The notes under the pieces: model-generated
What the model saw: the letters and a program-made list of their open reading frames with translations, nothing else
The model's database searches: none
What the model was told of the DNA's origin: nothing
From: the human T2T-CHM13v2.0 reference genome, Homo sapiens
NCBI RefSeq assembly: GCF_009914755.1
Contig: NC_060932.1
DNA length: 64,000 nt
Reading direction: 5' to 3' (one strand)
Shown here: piece after piece, positions 34,825-51,160 of the stretch
Layout: each line of letters begins with the position of its first letter
Numbering within the stretch: the stretch's first letter is position 1
Made by a program: the position numbers and the translations under genes

Positions 34825-34978
34825 GTGTTTCTTAATCAAGGCTGGGAGTCTTTTTCAAAATAACCATTTCTACATCTCATCTGCTCTCATAGGTTTGGGC
34901 TAGGGCCTGACCACATTTATTCTAAAAAATTTCCCAAATTATTCTAATGTAAAAACCTTGTTGTGAAACACTGTTCTA
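34825..34978. mobile_element. MER5-like hAT MITE
   Basis: 'aggtttgggctagggcctga...attctaatgt...gaaacactg'. Confidence 0.5.
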
Positions 34979-37900
34979 TATCAATAAAATACTAATAAAT
35001 TTTCTGTATAATTCAAGTCGTGAATATATTTTGCTCTCAAATGTCTGAGAAGCTGAGACAAAAACATTCATTGTTTTGGACATATTTGTTTAAATTTCCT
35101 TTTATCCTTGATTTGATAAGGTACACTATAATAATCAACCAATCAAAATTTAAATGTTAGATTTGTTTGTAAGAAGAAAAAGGGATTTAAATGTGAGACT
35201 CTTTAAATCATTTAAAAGAATTGTGGCAGACCTAGCTAAGAAATGGATGTGTAGAGAAGAGGTGGCTGAATGTTTTCTCTCTTGGCTGAAACCTCCACAA
35301 ACAACAAGCTACAATGAGTAAATCATTTTTTAAATGGATAAGACTAGGAATCCAGATGTTTGGAAGCAAGATACTAGCTGGTAATGTGCTATAGCCCATC
35401 ATCCAGGCCCTTCCTGAGGGAAATGATAGCAAAGCCAGACTCTCTGCTTTCTAAATATCCTCTAGAAACCAATCTTGTTGTCACCAACATCACGACTTTG
35501 TTTCAGCTGGCAATTTACCAACATCTGCTTGGCAAGGACTCTTTTCCCTTGACTCTCAGATATATGTGTTTTCCCATTTTGAAGCACTGAACCCAACACA
35601 CAGCAAGAAGAGAGTATTGAAGTCACAACGACTATATGCCAATTTATTTGCAGAAAAACCTCCGATCTTCTTATTTATAGTATTATTCCTACCTTCACAA
35701 TCTTGGCAGTATAAATTATCAGTGTGTACTTCACTGCTTGGAGTAATCTAAAGGAAAGAAAACATATGCATTTACATCTATTCAGGTAGCCCTTCACAGT
35801 TATTTTGAGTTTTGCAAAGAAAATGGGACAGGTGCAGTAGTTTTATATTACAGAATATCAATTATTGTGCTTTACTAGCATTTCAACCCCAAGGCTTTAT
35901 AAATTTTAAAAACGAGATTAAATGGTTGGCAGAGGGAAAGTTTATTAAATGTACAAAAATCATCAATCACATCCATTACATTTAGATTGGAACATGGTCA
36001 AGCACATCTTTTTACTTCTTTGACCACTTTTATGATTGTCAAACTTATTCAATCATTTGTAGAGTGCAAAATTTGTATTTATTAGGAAGGAGACAGAGTG
36101 TTTCTTTGGCTGCTTATAGTCCAAGTTGGACAGAAAAATCACTTCAGCATTGCACAAGCCAGCTGAGAGATAATTAAGTCATTTGAATGTGAGGTTTCTT
36201 GGCTTCCCTCTCTCATTTTTTCCCTTGTCTCTTCTTGGAAGCAAAAACCGTGGATCTTGTCCCATGTCCTTCCCCTGACTGTTCTTAACATTCCCTTTTC
36301 CTCCCTGAAGTAAGGGCATAATATTTCCTCTTACTGAAGAAAAAATATTGAGAAAAATTACTAGCAAAGATTCATAAAGTGAACCTTAGATACCTGTAGA
36401 GCTCTGTAAATATGTCTCTCTTAACCTTGTATGATCTCAAAATAATCTATTTAGGCATCATTTCTTTTTTAGAATGTAAATTCCTTCAGGACACAGATAT
36501 AGCTTATTCATCTTTGCATCCTTAAAACCTAATATAACAGGTGATAAGGAAGTGCTCCTCGAACAAAACTCAACTGAAGATCAAATAGTAAACTTTTTAA
36601 TTTTATGGATAAAGAAACAGACCCAGAAGTTGAAGTGATTTTCCCACTTCTAAGATAGTCAGTGGTAATGTCCTTCTACTTTGCTGAAGAGTTTTAAAAG
36701 CCAGCTTTTTTTTTTTTTTTTCCTACCTGGGCTGTGCAGACTCATCCAGAGAGGAACACATAAAGCATATGAGGCCACTTGGAGACATCATAAAAGATTT
36801 TGGGCAGTGGAACAATCATTTGGCTGGTGATCTTTGGAGCTCCACATTTTGTTCTCATAGTCCCAGATGGTAGCATGATTTCACATGCCCAGTGTCTGGC
36901 TAAATGATTTTGTCCAAACTCAATATCAAGCATATAAAATGATGTGATCTGGAAGGGACAAATAATTGGAACTGACAACATAAATAATATATGCTCTTTT
37001 AATTAACGAAATAGAATTGTATCTAGCTGTACAAAGCCCAAGTGCAGATAAATTTTATAATTTTATATCGTCAAATCTAAGTAACTTTAAACATTTAAAA
37101 CTTTAGGTGTTTAAAGGTATTTAAAATATTTTTTCTTTACCCAATTAAGTTCTCTCACTTCCCCTTTTATATGTAATATACATATCTATATACATTAAGA
37201 AGTATTGTGCTAACAATGTTAAACATCTTAAAATTAATGGGGCTATTTAGTTGTTTCTCACACATGTATTCGAATGTCAGTATTTCATTACTCTTAGCCT
37301 CATAGGTGACACTGTCTTCTAAGAAAATACTTTGGGGTGTTTTATTACAAGTTAATTTCTGTTGAGTATTTGAAATGGTTTTTCTGTGTAAGTAAAGGTT
37401 TGACTTACTTTCTATAAAAATAGAGTGTATTATTTGAATACAAGATATTGGTTGTTTTCCAAAAAATCAATGTCAACTAGTTAGTTCATATCTGGGCTAT
37501 AATATAGTATTGTTCCTGTTTTGACTGCTGTTTTGACTTAAACAGAATCATTCCCCATTTTATTGCCAATAAATGTTGAATTTGGAGATAGAATTACATA
37601 CATTGGATTAAATGCAGTACACAAATAAATACAGTATGCTGCTGTTTAAGGACTGCTGGTGCAATCTGCTGCCAATTCTTGAAACATTAAATTCTACTAC
37701 TCCTCTACTAAATATAGGCTTGAGGTGCACTGGAGAACAGGAGCTGGTACAGCTATTGAAATCAACAGACTCAGGCATCCAGTCACCAATTTGGGCTGGA
37801 AACTTGCCAAGGTTGATTTTATTTTATTTTTAAACTACTGTTAAAGCTGGCAGAATTAAATATACACACGCACTCTCTCTCTACAAATAGGGACAAAAAT

Positions 37901-38919
37901 GAATATGAGTTAGGGGTGTTGGGGACTTTGAGATTCCAGTTTCTTCTCATATAATCCATCCTTAAACTCTTTCTGGACAATTTTCTTGTCCTTGCCATTG
38001 AGATACTTAGTTACATGCAGTGGAACTACCTTGATATGTTTTATGTAAGTTTTTTTTTTTCTAGCTAAGGCCAGTATATTTGTTCAGGTCTATATGATAG
38101 TTTCCAAGTTGGTACAACTCCACTTCAAATTTAGACAATTAAAGATCAACAGAAACTTTATAGAAATAAAATAGTTGCAAAAATATGTCAGTGGTTTTTT
38201 TTTTTTCCTTAATAAGCAAGGTAAAATAGATTTGGAATGTTTATCACCTTGGTGCTTTATGGTATTTGAGTAGAATTTAGCAAGAGCAGAAATTCTTGGC
38301 ATTTCCATGAGCTTTTATTTCTATTATCTCCAATAGTTTCAGATTTCAAAGAACAGTTTTGGTGCTAATTACCAGATTTTGACTTTTACGAAAACCCCAC
38401 ACCACATGTCCTGATTTTATACCCAGTTGCATGTGGAATCTGAAATGTAGTTTTATCAAAATAAACTCACACTTTAGTGTGTGGAATTTCACTTGTAAAG
38501 TAGAGATCATAATTTCAAAAACAAACACAATTTGCACTTGGTTTTGCTTGAAAAAATAAAACGCTTGGCTGTGATCAGATGAAAAATGTTTTACTCAAGT
38601 ACTGGCTTTTCTCTGAAAAGCACCCGTGGTTGGAGCCAAGTGGTCGTGAACAGCATCATCTTCTATGCAAGCACCTTGGCATCTCCTTATTTTATTGGTA
38701 TATTTTAGAAGTTTTTTTTCTTAAAATTATTTTATTCTTTTTTAGAAGTCCAAACGTTTATTCTAACATTTCCTACTTATTTGGGTCAAGAGCAGCACTT
38801 GTAAGGACCAATTATGGGAAGAAAAAAAAATTCTTAAATTACTAATTGAGTCGAAAGAATTGAATACACTGTTTTCCGATGCAGAAATATCCAGTTATGT
38901 CCCCGAGGGGCAACTGATA

Positions 38920-39130
38920 TCACAGAAGACAGAATTTGAATTCTAGCCCTGCCACCCAGTTTCTCTTTTACCTTGAGCAAGTTATATAATCTCTCAAATT
39001 CCAAGCTTCCTTGTCTTATAAATGGCAATAACTAACAATAATTTTGAAGATGGGATGAGAAATGAGACATGGAGAGACCCTAGTTATGTGCTTAGAACAT
39101 AGCAGATACTCAGAGAAGCTGCTGGTGCTT
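38920..39130 (+). mobile_element. MIR SINE
   Basis: 'tttgaattctagccctgccac...ccttgagcaagttatataatctctc'. Confidence 0.7.
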
Positions 39131-39207
39131 GGGATGGCATTTCAAGTCCACAGCGGAAAAATAAAAATAAAATAGAATCAGAACACTTCAGTTACTTAGA
39201 TTTTAAA

Positions 39208-39349
39208 GTTTTTTTAATTTAAAAATTATTTAATTTTTTAAAGATACAGTTCTCACTATGTTTCTCAGGCGTGTCTCAAACTCTTGGTGATCCCCCCACC
39301 TCAGCCTCCAGAGTAGCTGGGATTACAGGTGTGAGTCACTTCGCCAGGG
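39208..39349 (-). mobile_element. FLAM Alu monomer
   Basis: Single left monomer; 10-bp TSD agattttaaa at 39198-39207 and 39350-39359. Confidence 0.85.
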
Positions 39350-39599
39350 AGATTTTAAAATTTTTATATGTAAAACTGAAAAAACAGTTTGTGCCATTAT
39401 TACCTATCATCAACTCTATCAATATTTTTGTTTGTGTTAAGTATTAAAGCTATTCCAAAAGAATTAGCCCTCATGATCCAACAGGCTCATAACACAGTAA
39501 GAGAAGAATGCAAGAAAGGGCCATGCATTTTATCATTTACAAGACATCCCTGGATGCCTGTGAGGAGAGTAGAGAGAGTAGAAAAATGTAGAGTGCGGT

Positions 39600-39810
39600 C
39601 TTGTTGTCAGCACGGTTGCGTGGAGAGCCACCTCTAGTACTTATCGCTGTAAATCTTTCAGTAGGTCAATTAACCTCCCAAAGATGAATAGTAGCATTTA
39701 TCTTGATGAGCTATTTTGAGAATCAAATGAGAAAATCCATACAAAGTCTTAGCAAGGTCCCTGGCACATGATAAACATACCAGAGATGGTTTAGCCCTCA
39801 ACATGATTAT
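39600..39810 (+). mobile_element. MIR SINE
   Basis: 'ttttgagaatcaaatgagaaaatccatacaaagtcttagcaaggtccctggcacatg'. Confidence 0.65.
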
Positions 39811-42591
39811 TAGTCTGTCTTTCCTTTAGGGGGTTCTTTCTTAGAAGCATCTATCTACCTTTCTGGGAAGAACACAAAATGGAATAGAATATACAATTTT
39901 GCTTTTAAAGTTCCTCTTTCTATCCAAGATCTTTATCATTTTACATTAGCATTGTTCTGAACAGCCCATGGCTATATAAAGAGCTACCTTTCATTTTGAG
40001 AGGAATTATTGGGTCTCAATTCATTGAATTATTTGAACATAATAACAAACTTCCAGTTTCTTTATTTCTTCATCTTGGACATCATGTAGCAACGTGTACA
40101 CAAGTAGCCTTAGGTCTTTGGACGTCATCATGAACAACCTTTTTATGAGTCCGTTGTTAAACTCTTTATGAGATTCATCAAAGTGAGTAACACTGCTAGT
40201 CCTCCAAGAGTCTCTTACCCCATGAATGATTTATAACAAAGAGAGCTACTTTATTAAAAGGTTCTTGTGCTTCAGAGTCTCTTGTGAGCTCAAAGAGCTA
40301 AGAGTTTCCATTATTATATTAGAAGAAATACATGTTAATTCAAGAGAAATTTAAAAAGCCGTGGGAAGTTTATCAATTTGTTGTGTAGTCCCATCTTTTA
40401 AAAATATTCCCTTCCCTTTGTTTCTTTAATCATTTTCATCTGTTCATTTAATTAATACTTCCTGCATGTTACAATGTTCTTGACCTTGCTAGAGAATAAG
40501 ACTGGCAGAACATCTGCCCTTGAAGAGTTGCTAATGGTTCTCAAAGGGAGCTGCACATCAGCATCAGTGGCGATTTGTTTTAAGAGAACCAACACGTAAC
40601 CATTGTATCAGAATCTTTAAGGTATGGGTGAAGACCCAGAGGCAGAAGGAGCCTACTACTTTGATGGATCTAAAAAGAAAGCCATTTGCATTGGACTACA
40701 GTGATCAAGAGGTAGAGGGTAGGAGATGGCTGTATTAGAGATGCAGAGCCTGACCTCAGGCCAACCTCCCCAATTTCAGAAACTGTTACTTAACTAACAC
40801 TGGATTTAACGAAGCATTTATTCAGATTATCAAGTGCAATCCTTTTCAATGTTATAGTGAGTGGGATATTAAAAAGATTTTTGAAGAACTCATGCTTCAT
40901 TTCAAATACATGTTGCAATTTGAAATCTGCTAAATGTGGTCTTAACATCAATTTTTCAAAAGAGGGAAAAGGAGCCCTCAAATGTCTATAGTAAAATTTT
41001 CTTAATCACTTGAACTACAGATGCCCATTCTTTTATGTCCCTTCCCTTGCAACATTTTCCTAGTAGAATATTTCATACATTCAAATGTCATCAATTACTA
41101 ACTCTAGGTTATGAACATGCATGTTCCTTTTACTTGGCTCTTTATATAAAATTTTCCAAATCCATTGGATCATTTATTATTCAGCTTCAATGTCTTCACC
41201 TAGTTACTACAAAGGTGGGATGAAGGAGTAGAGTAACCTGACAGTAGTCTAAGTGTGGGATTTTGGGAATTAATATCATTTTGGTATGGACATTTCTTGA
41301 GCCTTATTTAAAATTATATCTGGGTCTTTAAGATCTCAGTTTATCCATCTTATTATTTGTCTTTTTATTGTCTAGTAGTCACAAATATCTTCAGTGTTTC
41401 TCTATTGTCATTTTAAGTAGTTTAGTGATAAAGTACAAAATATTTTTTTCAAAATTTCATAGTTTTCATTTCCTTCCAAACTTAGTTATAAACTAGCTAA
41501 AAATAAAATCAAAAGGGAATAAATATGTAACCCTTCTTTTAATCCAATATCATTTAGACCATCTTACTATTTGGAGATGTGTTTTTTACTCTCAATAATT
41601 TTTTACAGTAGTCAACAACTTAAAATTTTTTGAGCACCTCTATTTAGAAAATAATTACTTTTATTATGAAAATCTCCTCCACTCATACTATTATTCCTTT
41701 TTACGTGAGTTGGAATATTATTAATATTTTAAATTAATGTGATATTTAATAAATGACTTAGAAAAAGATTTTGATCAGAAAAACTGTACATGACAATTCC
41801 ATTCTTGCAGACCAAATGTATAATTTATAAATCTTCATTACACAAAATATTCAGGATGATCAAGGCCCATTAATTCATGTAAAAATATTTAGCTTTCTGG
41901 AATAAATCTCTGAAACATCCAAAAAAAAAATCTGGGCAAATTTATGAGTTGTGATGCTTTTAATCTGCAGTCATAATGTGGATCTGGCTTCATTTGATTG
42001 CATAATTAGAAGAAAAGAAGGACACATGAAAGGTTATCTAATGGCCTATTAGAACATTGCTTTGTTTGATTCATTAATATGCAATGAAATGTATATTGTA
42101 AGAAACTACTGAAACATAATTCCTTGGCTAAAATTCAAGAATGTTTATATGATTGGAGAGTTATTTTTCCAGGAAAGTAAAGTTTAATTGTAATCAGATG
42201 TTCAACTGGAAGCACAAGGATAGTAATAATATTGTTGGAAATGATATTTAAATGTTTGCCTTATATTCATCCTCATGTAGAACCATATTCATGTTCAGAA
42301 TGTATAGATGAACAAATCTTGCTTTTTCATGTCTTTTTAATCAAATTTCTTCCTGGGGTCTGAGTGCCAGCTCTAGAAGCTGGAATGAAGTTCCATAGAG
42401 ACGTCCAAGAAATCACGGTAGTACCTGCTTACTGTTTCTGAACCTCAGTGTAAGGGCTGCTGAGTCATACAACTCCATTGAACTGTATTTGAATGATGCT
42501 CCCAGTTGTGCAATATAGCAGCATAACTTTAAAGAGCACTTGGCTTTTGTGGCACACTCAAATCTCTGATTTTTCACACTGCTGAAAAGAC

Positions 42592-43080
42592 TTTTTTTCC
42601 AAGTTTCAGTTATTTATTAATCAGTGTAATTTCCAGTAGATTACTTCAGCATGATTTCATGCATTTATAGGAGAAATATTTCCTGGTTAAGTGGAAAATT
42701 GTGCGGATGGCTTCTGGAAGACCTTCATTTTAAAGCAGCTTTATAGTGAAACACTTCGTTTAGAAATCTAGACCATCTTTCTTCATTTGCTGTAATCCAC
42801 ATTCACTGATTAGAACTTGTATCAATCACTGGGACCCAGTTTCTTCCACAGCTCTGGGTTATTCTTTCTGTCCCAACTAACATCTCCATCGAACAATGCT
42901 GGACTCGAGATACAGTGCTGCTCCAGTACATCCAGCTCCAATAAATACAGAGGTAGATCAAACTCATATGTTTCTTGGCCTGACTGATGATCTGGCGGAA
43001 CATGTTTGTGATAGAGGCCTCTAATTGGAAAGGAGAGAACCAGCCTAGCCACCAGGCCCTGGGCTAAGTAGTATCTGCAC
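42592..43080 (-). pseudogene. NDUFA4: Processed pseudogene of NDUFA4 (COXFA4); CDS remnant 43003-42760
   Basis: '[12 protein letters not shown]', '[14 protein letters not shown]', '[18 protein letters not shown]'; intronless, with 5'UTR, 3'UTR, AATAAA (42613-42618), A-tail remnant and TSD aaaagact (42585-42592, 43084-43091); frameshifts and stops. Confidence 0.93.
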
Positions 43081-43349
43081 TTAAAAAGACTGGTTTTAAT
43101 GTATTTTTAAATGTTATAGTATAGTTAATGGGCTATCAAGTAAATCTATGAGCCATATTTCCTCTACTTAACTGGAGGAAGTGTAAAGAAAGAGATATAC
43201 CTGATTATAGAGAGACTGCTAGATTTTAGAAAACAAAATGGAAAGAAAGTTAAGTGAACAGAATGTTCATGTTGGAAACTGAAGGAAGAATGAATTAAGT
43301 TTTATCAATTCGACCTTCTTAAATCTCTTGATTTGGTCTGTATCCTTCC

Positions 43350-43920
43350 ATACCTCCTTGCTGCCACACCACCTTTATTTTTTCTTATGTTTATTATTTC
43401 TGTAATTGTTCTCACAGCCTCTAGTCTTGATCCAATCTTACTTACTGCACTCTGCTTCCAGACTGATTTTTCAGGATAAAAATCCAAATATATTAGTGGT
43501 GCCTTCAGGTTCCTTTATGACCCAACTCTGCTTACCTTTCCAGCTTAAATTGCTCTAGGCATTCTAGGATTCAAAGCATCCTTACTTGGACTTTCCCTAG
43601 CACTGATGCTCTTCCTTCCCCTGAGTCCTTTGAAAACTCCTTACCATTAGTTAATAGGACTAGAATCTTAGGACTTGGCTTTGATATAATCTCCTCCAAG
43701 AAGTGTTCCCTGGTAGCTCCCATACTGTTGTTAAAAGTTCTGTATAAACCTTAATGGAGCTCTTACTAAAAGGTATTTAAACCATCTGTTCACTGGTATG
43801 TCTCACCTCACTACATTTAATCTCTTGAAGACTGAGGCTGCATTTTTTAATCTTATATTACCAGGACCTTACACAGTGCTTGAAATCTATTAATTGCTTA
43901 AAACTCATTTGTAGAATGCT
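43350..43920 (+). mobile_element. L2 3' portion
   Basis: Pyrimidine-rich L2-like body ending 'ccaggaccttacacagtgcttga...catttgtagaatg'. Confidence 0.65.
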
Positions 43921-44057
43921 TAAGTAGGTGAGTTAATAAATATATAGCTAAAGAATGATTGAAAGGGACAGACAGGAATAGGGAGATTCTGGAAAGCAAA
44001 AGAGAAAAAAATAAACTTCTAGTTTATTTTTTAAGCTATAAATTTTTGCAGTTTCTT

Positions 44058-47048
<2,991 letters not shown>

Positions 47049-47159
47049 CAGTTTCTTAATTTAGAATTTTTAAATATTTTTTATTTTCTCATGCCAATTT
47101 CAAAATCTTTACACTTGTCTCAAGTTAGTAGTAATAAATATCTAGGTTATCTATAAATA

Positions 47160-47285
47160 TAAAACACATACACACATATATATACACATACATAAATTTA
47201 ACATGAATCAAAAAACATACAAACATATAAACAAACAGTTACATACACATATATTTATGTAGATATTGTATACATATATTTATCA
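47160..47285. repeat. Degenerate (CA/TA)n low-complexity tract
   Basis: Directly visible. Confidence 0.7.
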
Positions 47286-48699
47286 GAGACTTATTCTATG
47301 AGCACAATAATAATTAAATTGATTTTATTAATGTTTTCTGAAATAATTAGTTTCTTTTATTCATGTTAATATTGCAAGACTTCTGCTGTTTCTTAGCTCA
47401 AGGGGAACTATAATACTCAAGATTCTAGACAGCAAATTATGTCCAAATAGAAAATACATGACCTTACGGTAATCCAGTATGCTACTATGCTGAGTTAGGG
47501 ATTGGGGTGATCCAGACAAAAGTCTAATTAAAACTATCACTGAGGGAATGGAACAGGGGGAAATCAGCATTTCTTACTTTCATCTTGTCCTGTCAGAATT
47601 TTACAATATCTAAATATCAATTTTTTTGTCTGCATGAACTTTAGTAGAGAATTGTTTATTAAGAAGAAGATTATTAACTCTTTATTGGTAAAATTTTACT
47701 GTGAGGCTAGCACCCTGTGAAAATGAGGGAGCTAAACATGGTGGAAGACATTCCTGGGATGTAAGTAAGAGTCCTATCTACCTGGTCATCAAAAATCCTT
47801 TTTTAAAACTAGAACTCTTAAAAGGATGGGATCAGAAAAGATCCTGCTAATAAGAACATGCAGCAGATCTATTTATTGGAGACAGTACAATTTGAATATG
47901 ATGATGTCATGCTATGAAAATGCCACAGTTGGCGGATTAGTGTGGTTGGATAGACTGGTGATCATGGATTCTATCCTGTTGAGGAGGGTCAACTGGCTTA
48001 GCACTGTTGTGATATTTTGCATGTGCTAAGCTAGACAAACCATATAGGACAGACCTAATATAAAGGGGGACAGAGATGGATGCAGACTCACATGAACTTT
48101 GTTTTTTACCTAAATTTACTCTAAACTAGGAAGCAAGCAGTATAAAATACACACATACACACACAAGGATACATGACAGTGGACATAGCTTTTCAATGGC
48201 TATTTCTTGCCAGAGGAGCATCTAAAACTCAGTGATTAGTGCATATAATACAAGCAGACAAATTCACTATGGAGCCCAGGATCAACAATGGCTGACTTTA
48301 CTTCCTATAGGCTGGGGGTACAGCTGCATCGGTACTGGACACTCAACTTATTATTCTATAAGACAATTCTCACTACAGTCATATACTTCCAGAGTCTAGT
48401 TTTTGCTGTGTCATAAGGGCTGGGGTAAGTTTGACCATGGCTACACACCTACCCATGTCTTTCATTAATATATTTTGTTGTTCAAAAAACTATTCCCAGG
48501 CTGATGACTAGGACAGATGTGGAGAAATTAACCTCGGATCCTAAAATAAAACAAGCTAAGGGAAACTGTACTCATTATGTTTTTGTTTTTATTAGTTTTT
48601 TTTTTTTTTCTTTCTTTTTTTTTTTTTTTTTTTGACACCTAGTATCTTTACCTCCCAATTTTTATTTAGGTATCTTGTACTCTCTAAATTTCAACCCCA

Positions 48700-49060
48700 G
48701 CTTTGTAGTGATTGCCTTAGGAAGGAGCCTGTGACCCTGTTGGTCGGTAGAATATCAGGATTCAATCTCAGAACTTTCATTAGTGTCATCTCATTCACTC
48801 TTTCCTAATGGCCTTGAAAGGGAGAAGGTGATGAGAAGCTGGAGCTGTGACCCCTTTGTCACCAAGATGATGATAAGCGTTTTGAGAATGAAGACAGAAC
48901 ATTGGGAGAAAAGTCCAATGGTGGAGGCAGAAAAAAGTGTCCTGGTAATGTCATTCAAATATTTATCCAGCCGTTTCTACGCTTGCACTTGCACTTATCT
49001 GAGCTGATAAATACTGTTGGCTTAAGGAATTTGGATCAAGTTTCTGTTCCTTGAACCTTG
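48700..49060 (+). mobile_element. Ancient ERVL-type LTR fragment (LTR16/LTR33-like)
   Basis: 3' motif 'ggcttaaggaatttggatcaagtttctgttccttgaacc'. Confidence 0.4.
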
Positions 49061-49210
49061 TACAGTCCTAAATGGTACAGAATACCCAGTTGAAAGAGAA
49101 ATAATGGATCTGGTTCATTTACAAAAGAGTTATACATGTACATTAAGTATTTGCCATATTACCCATGATCTTCACGTCCTTTTACATGACACAGTAATTG
49201 TACATTCTCA

Positions 49211-49282
49211 TCAAATATATGTATACATATATATGTGTGTATATATAAATATATATATATATATATAACCATATATATTTGA
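49211..49282. repeat. (TA)n tract with inverted flanks
   Basis: tcaaatatat...atatatttga. Confidence 0.85.
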
Positions 49283-50707
49283 TTTCCCAAATGAACGTGT
49301 TTCATAGTCTTCGTGACTCATGAGTCTTTCTGATTTGCTGCTTGCAACCATTCAGAGTTTTGGGTGGCTCTATATCGTATTAGTCCTGCTGTGTCCAGCA
49401 ATCAAGTCCTCAAATACCCCCACTGTAGAGGCAACGTAAGTGCTGGTGTGGGAAAACTCCAGCAATCATATTCTGTGAGAGTCAGAGATGATCCGAGTCA
49501 TCTGAACAGTCCTCCAGTGCATCTGTCTCATATGCTGCATATGATTTGTGAGAAGTATCCCTCCAGTTTTCCTATAAAACTAACATCAGTGTTTACCTAT
49601 AAACAGACACAGAAGTCACTGCTGACTGTACTCTGCTTTGTATACAATCCTATTATATAAAGAGCTCAAGCAGCATGTCTGTCTGCCTAGATGTGTGTGT
49701 TCTCCTTCTCCAGCTGCCAACCACCTAAATTATTCAGCAAGCCCTGATCATGCCAAGTTTTTAGTCAACAATGGAGATCCTGCCAAAGAGCTAATAATGT
49801 TAAAAAAAAAAAAAAAAAGCAATGTTTGTGACAATTAACAGAGCCTGCAGCCTGCAACACGCGTTGGACTCATTTGTAAAGGAAATTTAAATGATATGCT
49901 TCATTATAAATGGTCCCATGCAGCACATTGCTAATCAACCAAAGCAGCTTCTTCTTCTCCCTCACCACCCACCCTCCCACTTCTTCCTATCTGACAAACC
50001 CAAATGGCAGCACTGTGTCAAGGCTCTTGGCCACTGCTTGCTGTGGCTATAAATGTAGTGTGGTTATCTATCAGTATTATAATCAGCTTAGATCAAACTG
50101 AATAATTAGTTCTAACATGGATGAATAGAGCACCAGCCTCTTATCTTGTCTATTAATAATCACAAGTATAACTTCACAGCCAAATCAAGAGGTATGTTAC
50201 TGTTCCCCTGAGAGCCTGTTTGGGTAAAACCCCCTGTGACTGCACCAATCTAAGTAGTGCAGATGGGACAGTCAGCCCATAATGATGGGCTGACAGCTGC
50301 CAAACCCAGCAATCCCTCCCGGATTCTTGGCAGACAGAGAGAGAAAGAGAGAAAGAGATTGATTGGGGAAGTGGGACTGATTCTCCATGCTAAATAACTA
50401 TTATTTCTCCAATAATGGTGTGAGGAGAAAAGAAGACAGAAGACTGTTGCTGGGTCTCCAGATCCCACACTCAGGGAAATGGAATTCCACAGCCTGGCCC
50501 AGCCTAAGGATACTTAGCTTGTGGACAGCACATGACTGCCATTTGCCTTCATTTTTAAGGCATCTGGCTGTTCCCTCCTGAAAAACATCTCACATAACTG
50601 AATTCTTTAGGCCAGAAAAATATTTTATTTATAGAAGTGATCCACCTTTAAGTTTGTCTTTTTTATCATAAAAGGCCAAAAATAGTTTATCAGAAAGAAC
50701 ACAACTG

Positions 50708-51160
50708 GGCCGAGTGCGGTGGCTGATGCCTGTAATCCCAGCACTTTGGGAGGCCAAGGTTGTTGGATCACCTGAAGGCAGGAGTTCAAGACCAGCCTGG
50801 CCAACATGGCAAAACCCCATGTCTACTAAAAATACAAAAATAAGCCTGGCGTGGTGGCATGCACCTGTAAGCCCAGCTACTTGGGAGGCTGAAGCAGGAG
50901 AATTGCTTGAACCTGGGAGGTGGAGGTTGCAGTGAGCGCCACTGCTCTCCAGACTGGATGACAGAATGAGAGTCTGAGAAAGAAAGAAAGAAAGCAAGAA
51001 AGAAAGAAAGAAGGAAGGAAGGAAGGAAGGAAGGAGGAAGGAAGGAAAGAAAGGAAGGAAGGGAAAGAGAGAAAGAGAGAAAGAAAAGGAAGGAAGGAAG
51101 GAAGGAAGGAAAGAAAGAAACAAACAAAGAAAGAAACAAAGAGAGAAAGAAAGAAGGAAG
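50708..51160 (+). mobile_element. AluS with tail expanded into a (GAAA)n/(GGAA)n microsatellite
   Basis: Alu body to about 50976; TSD gaaaga(a/g)cacaac at 50693-50705 and 51161-51173. Confidence 0.92.

Noticed and set aside
40090-40190. Exon-like segment ending in aaa/gtgagt
   Set aside because: Stops in all three frames and no other support.
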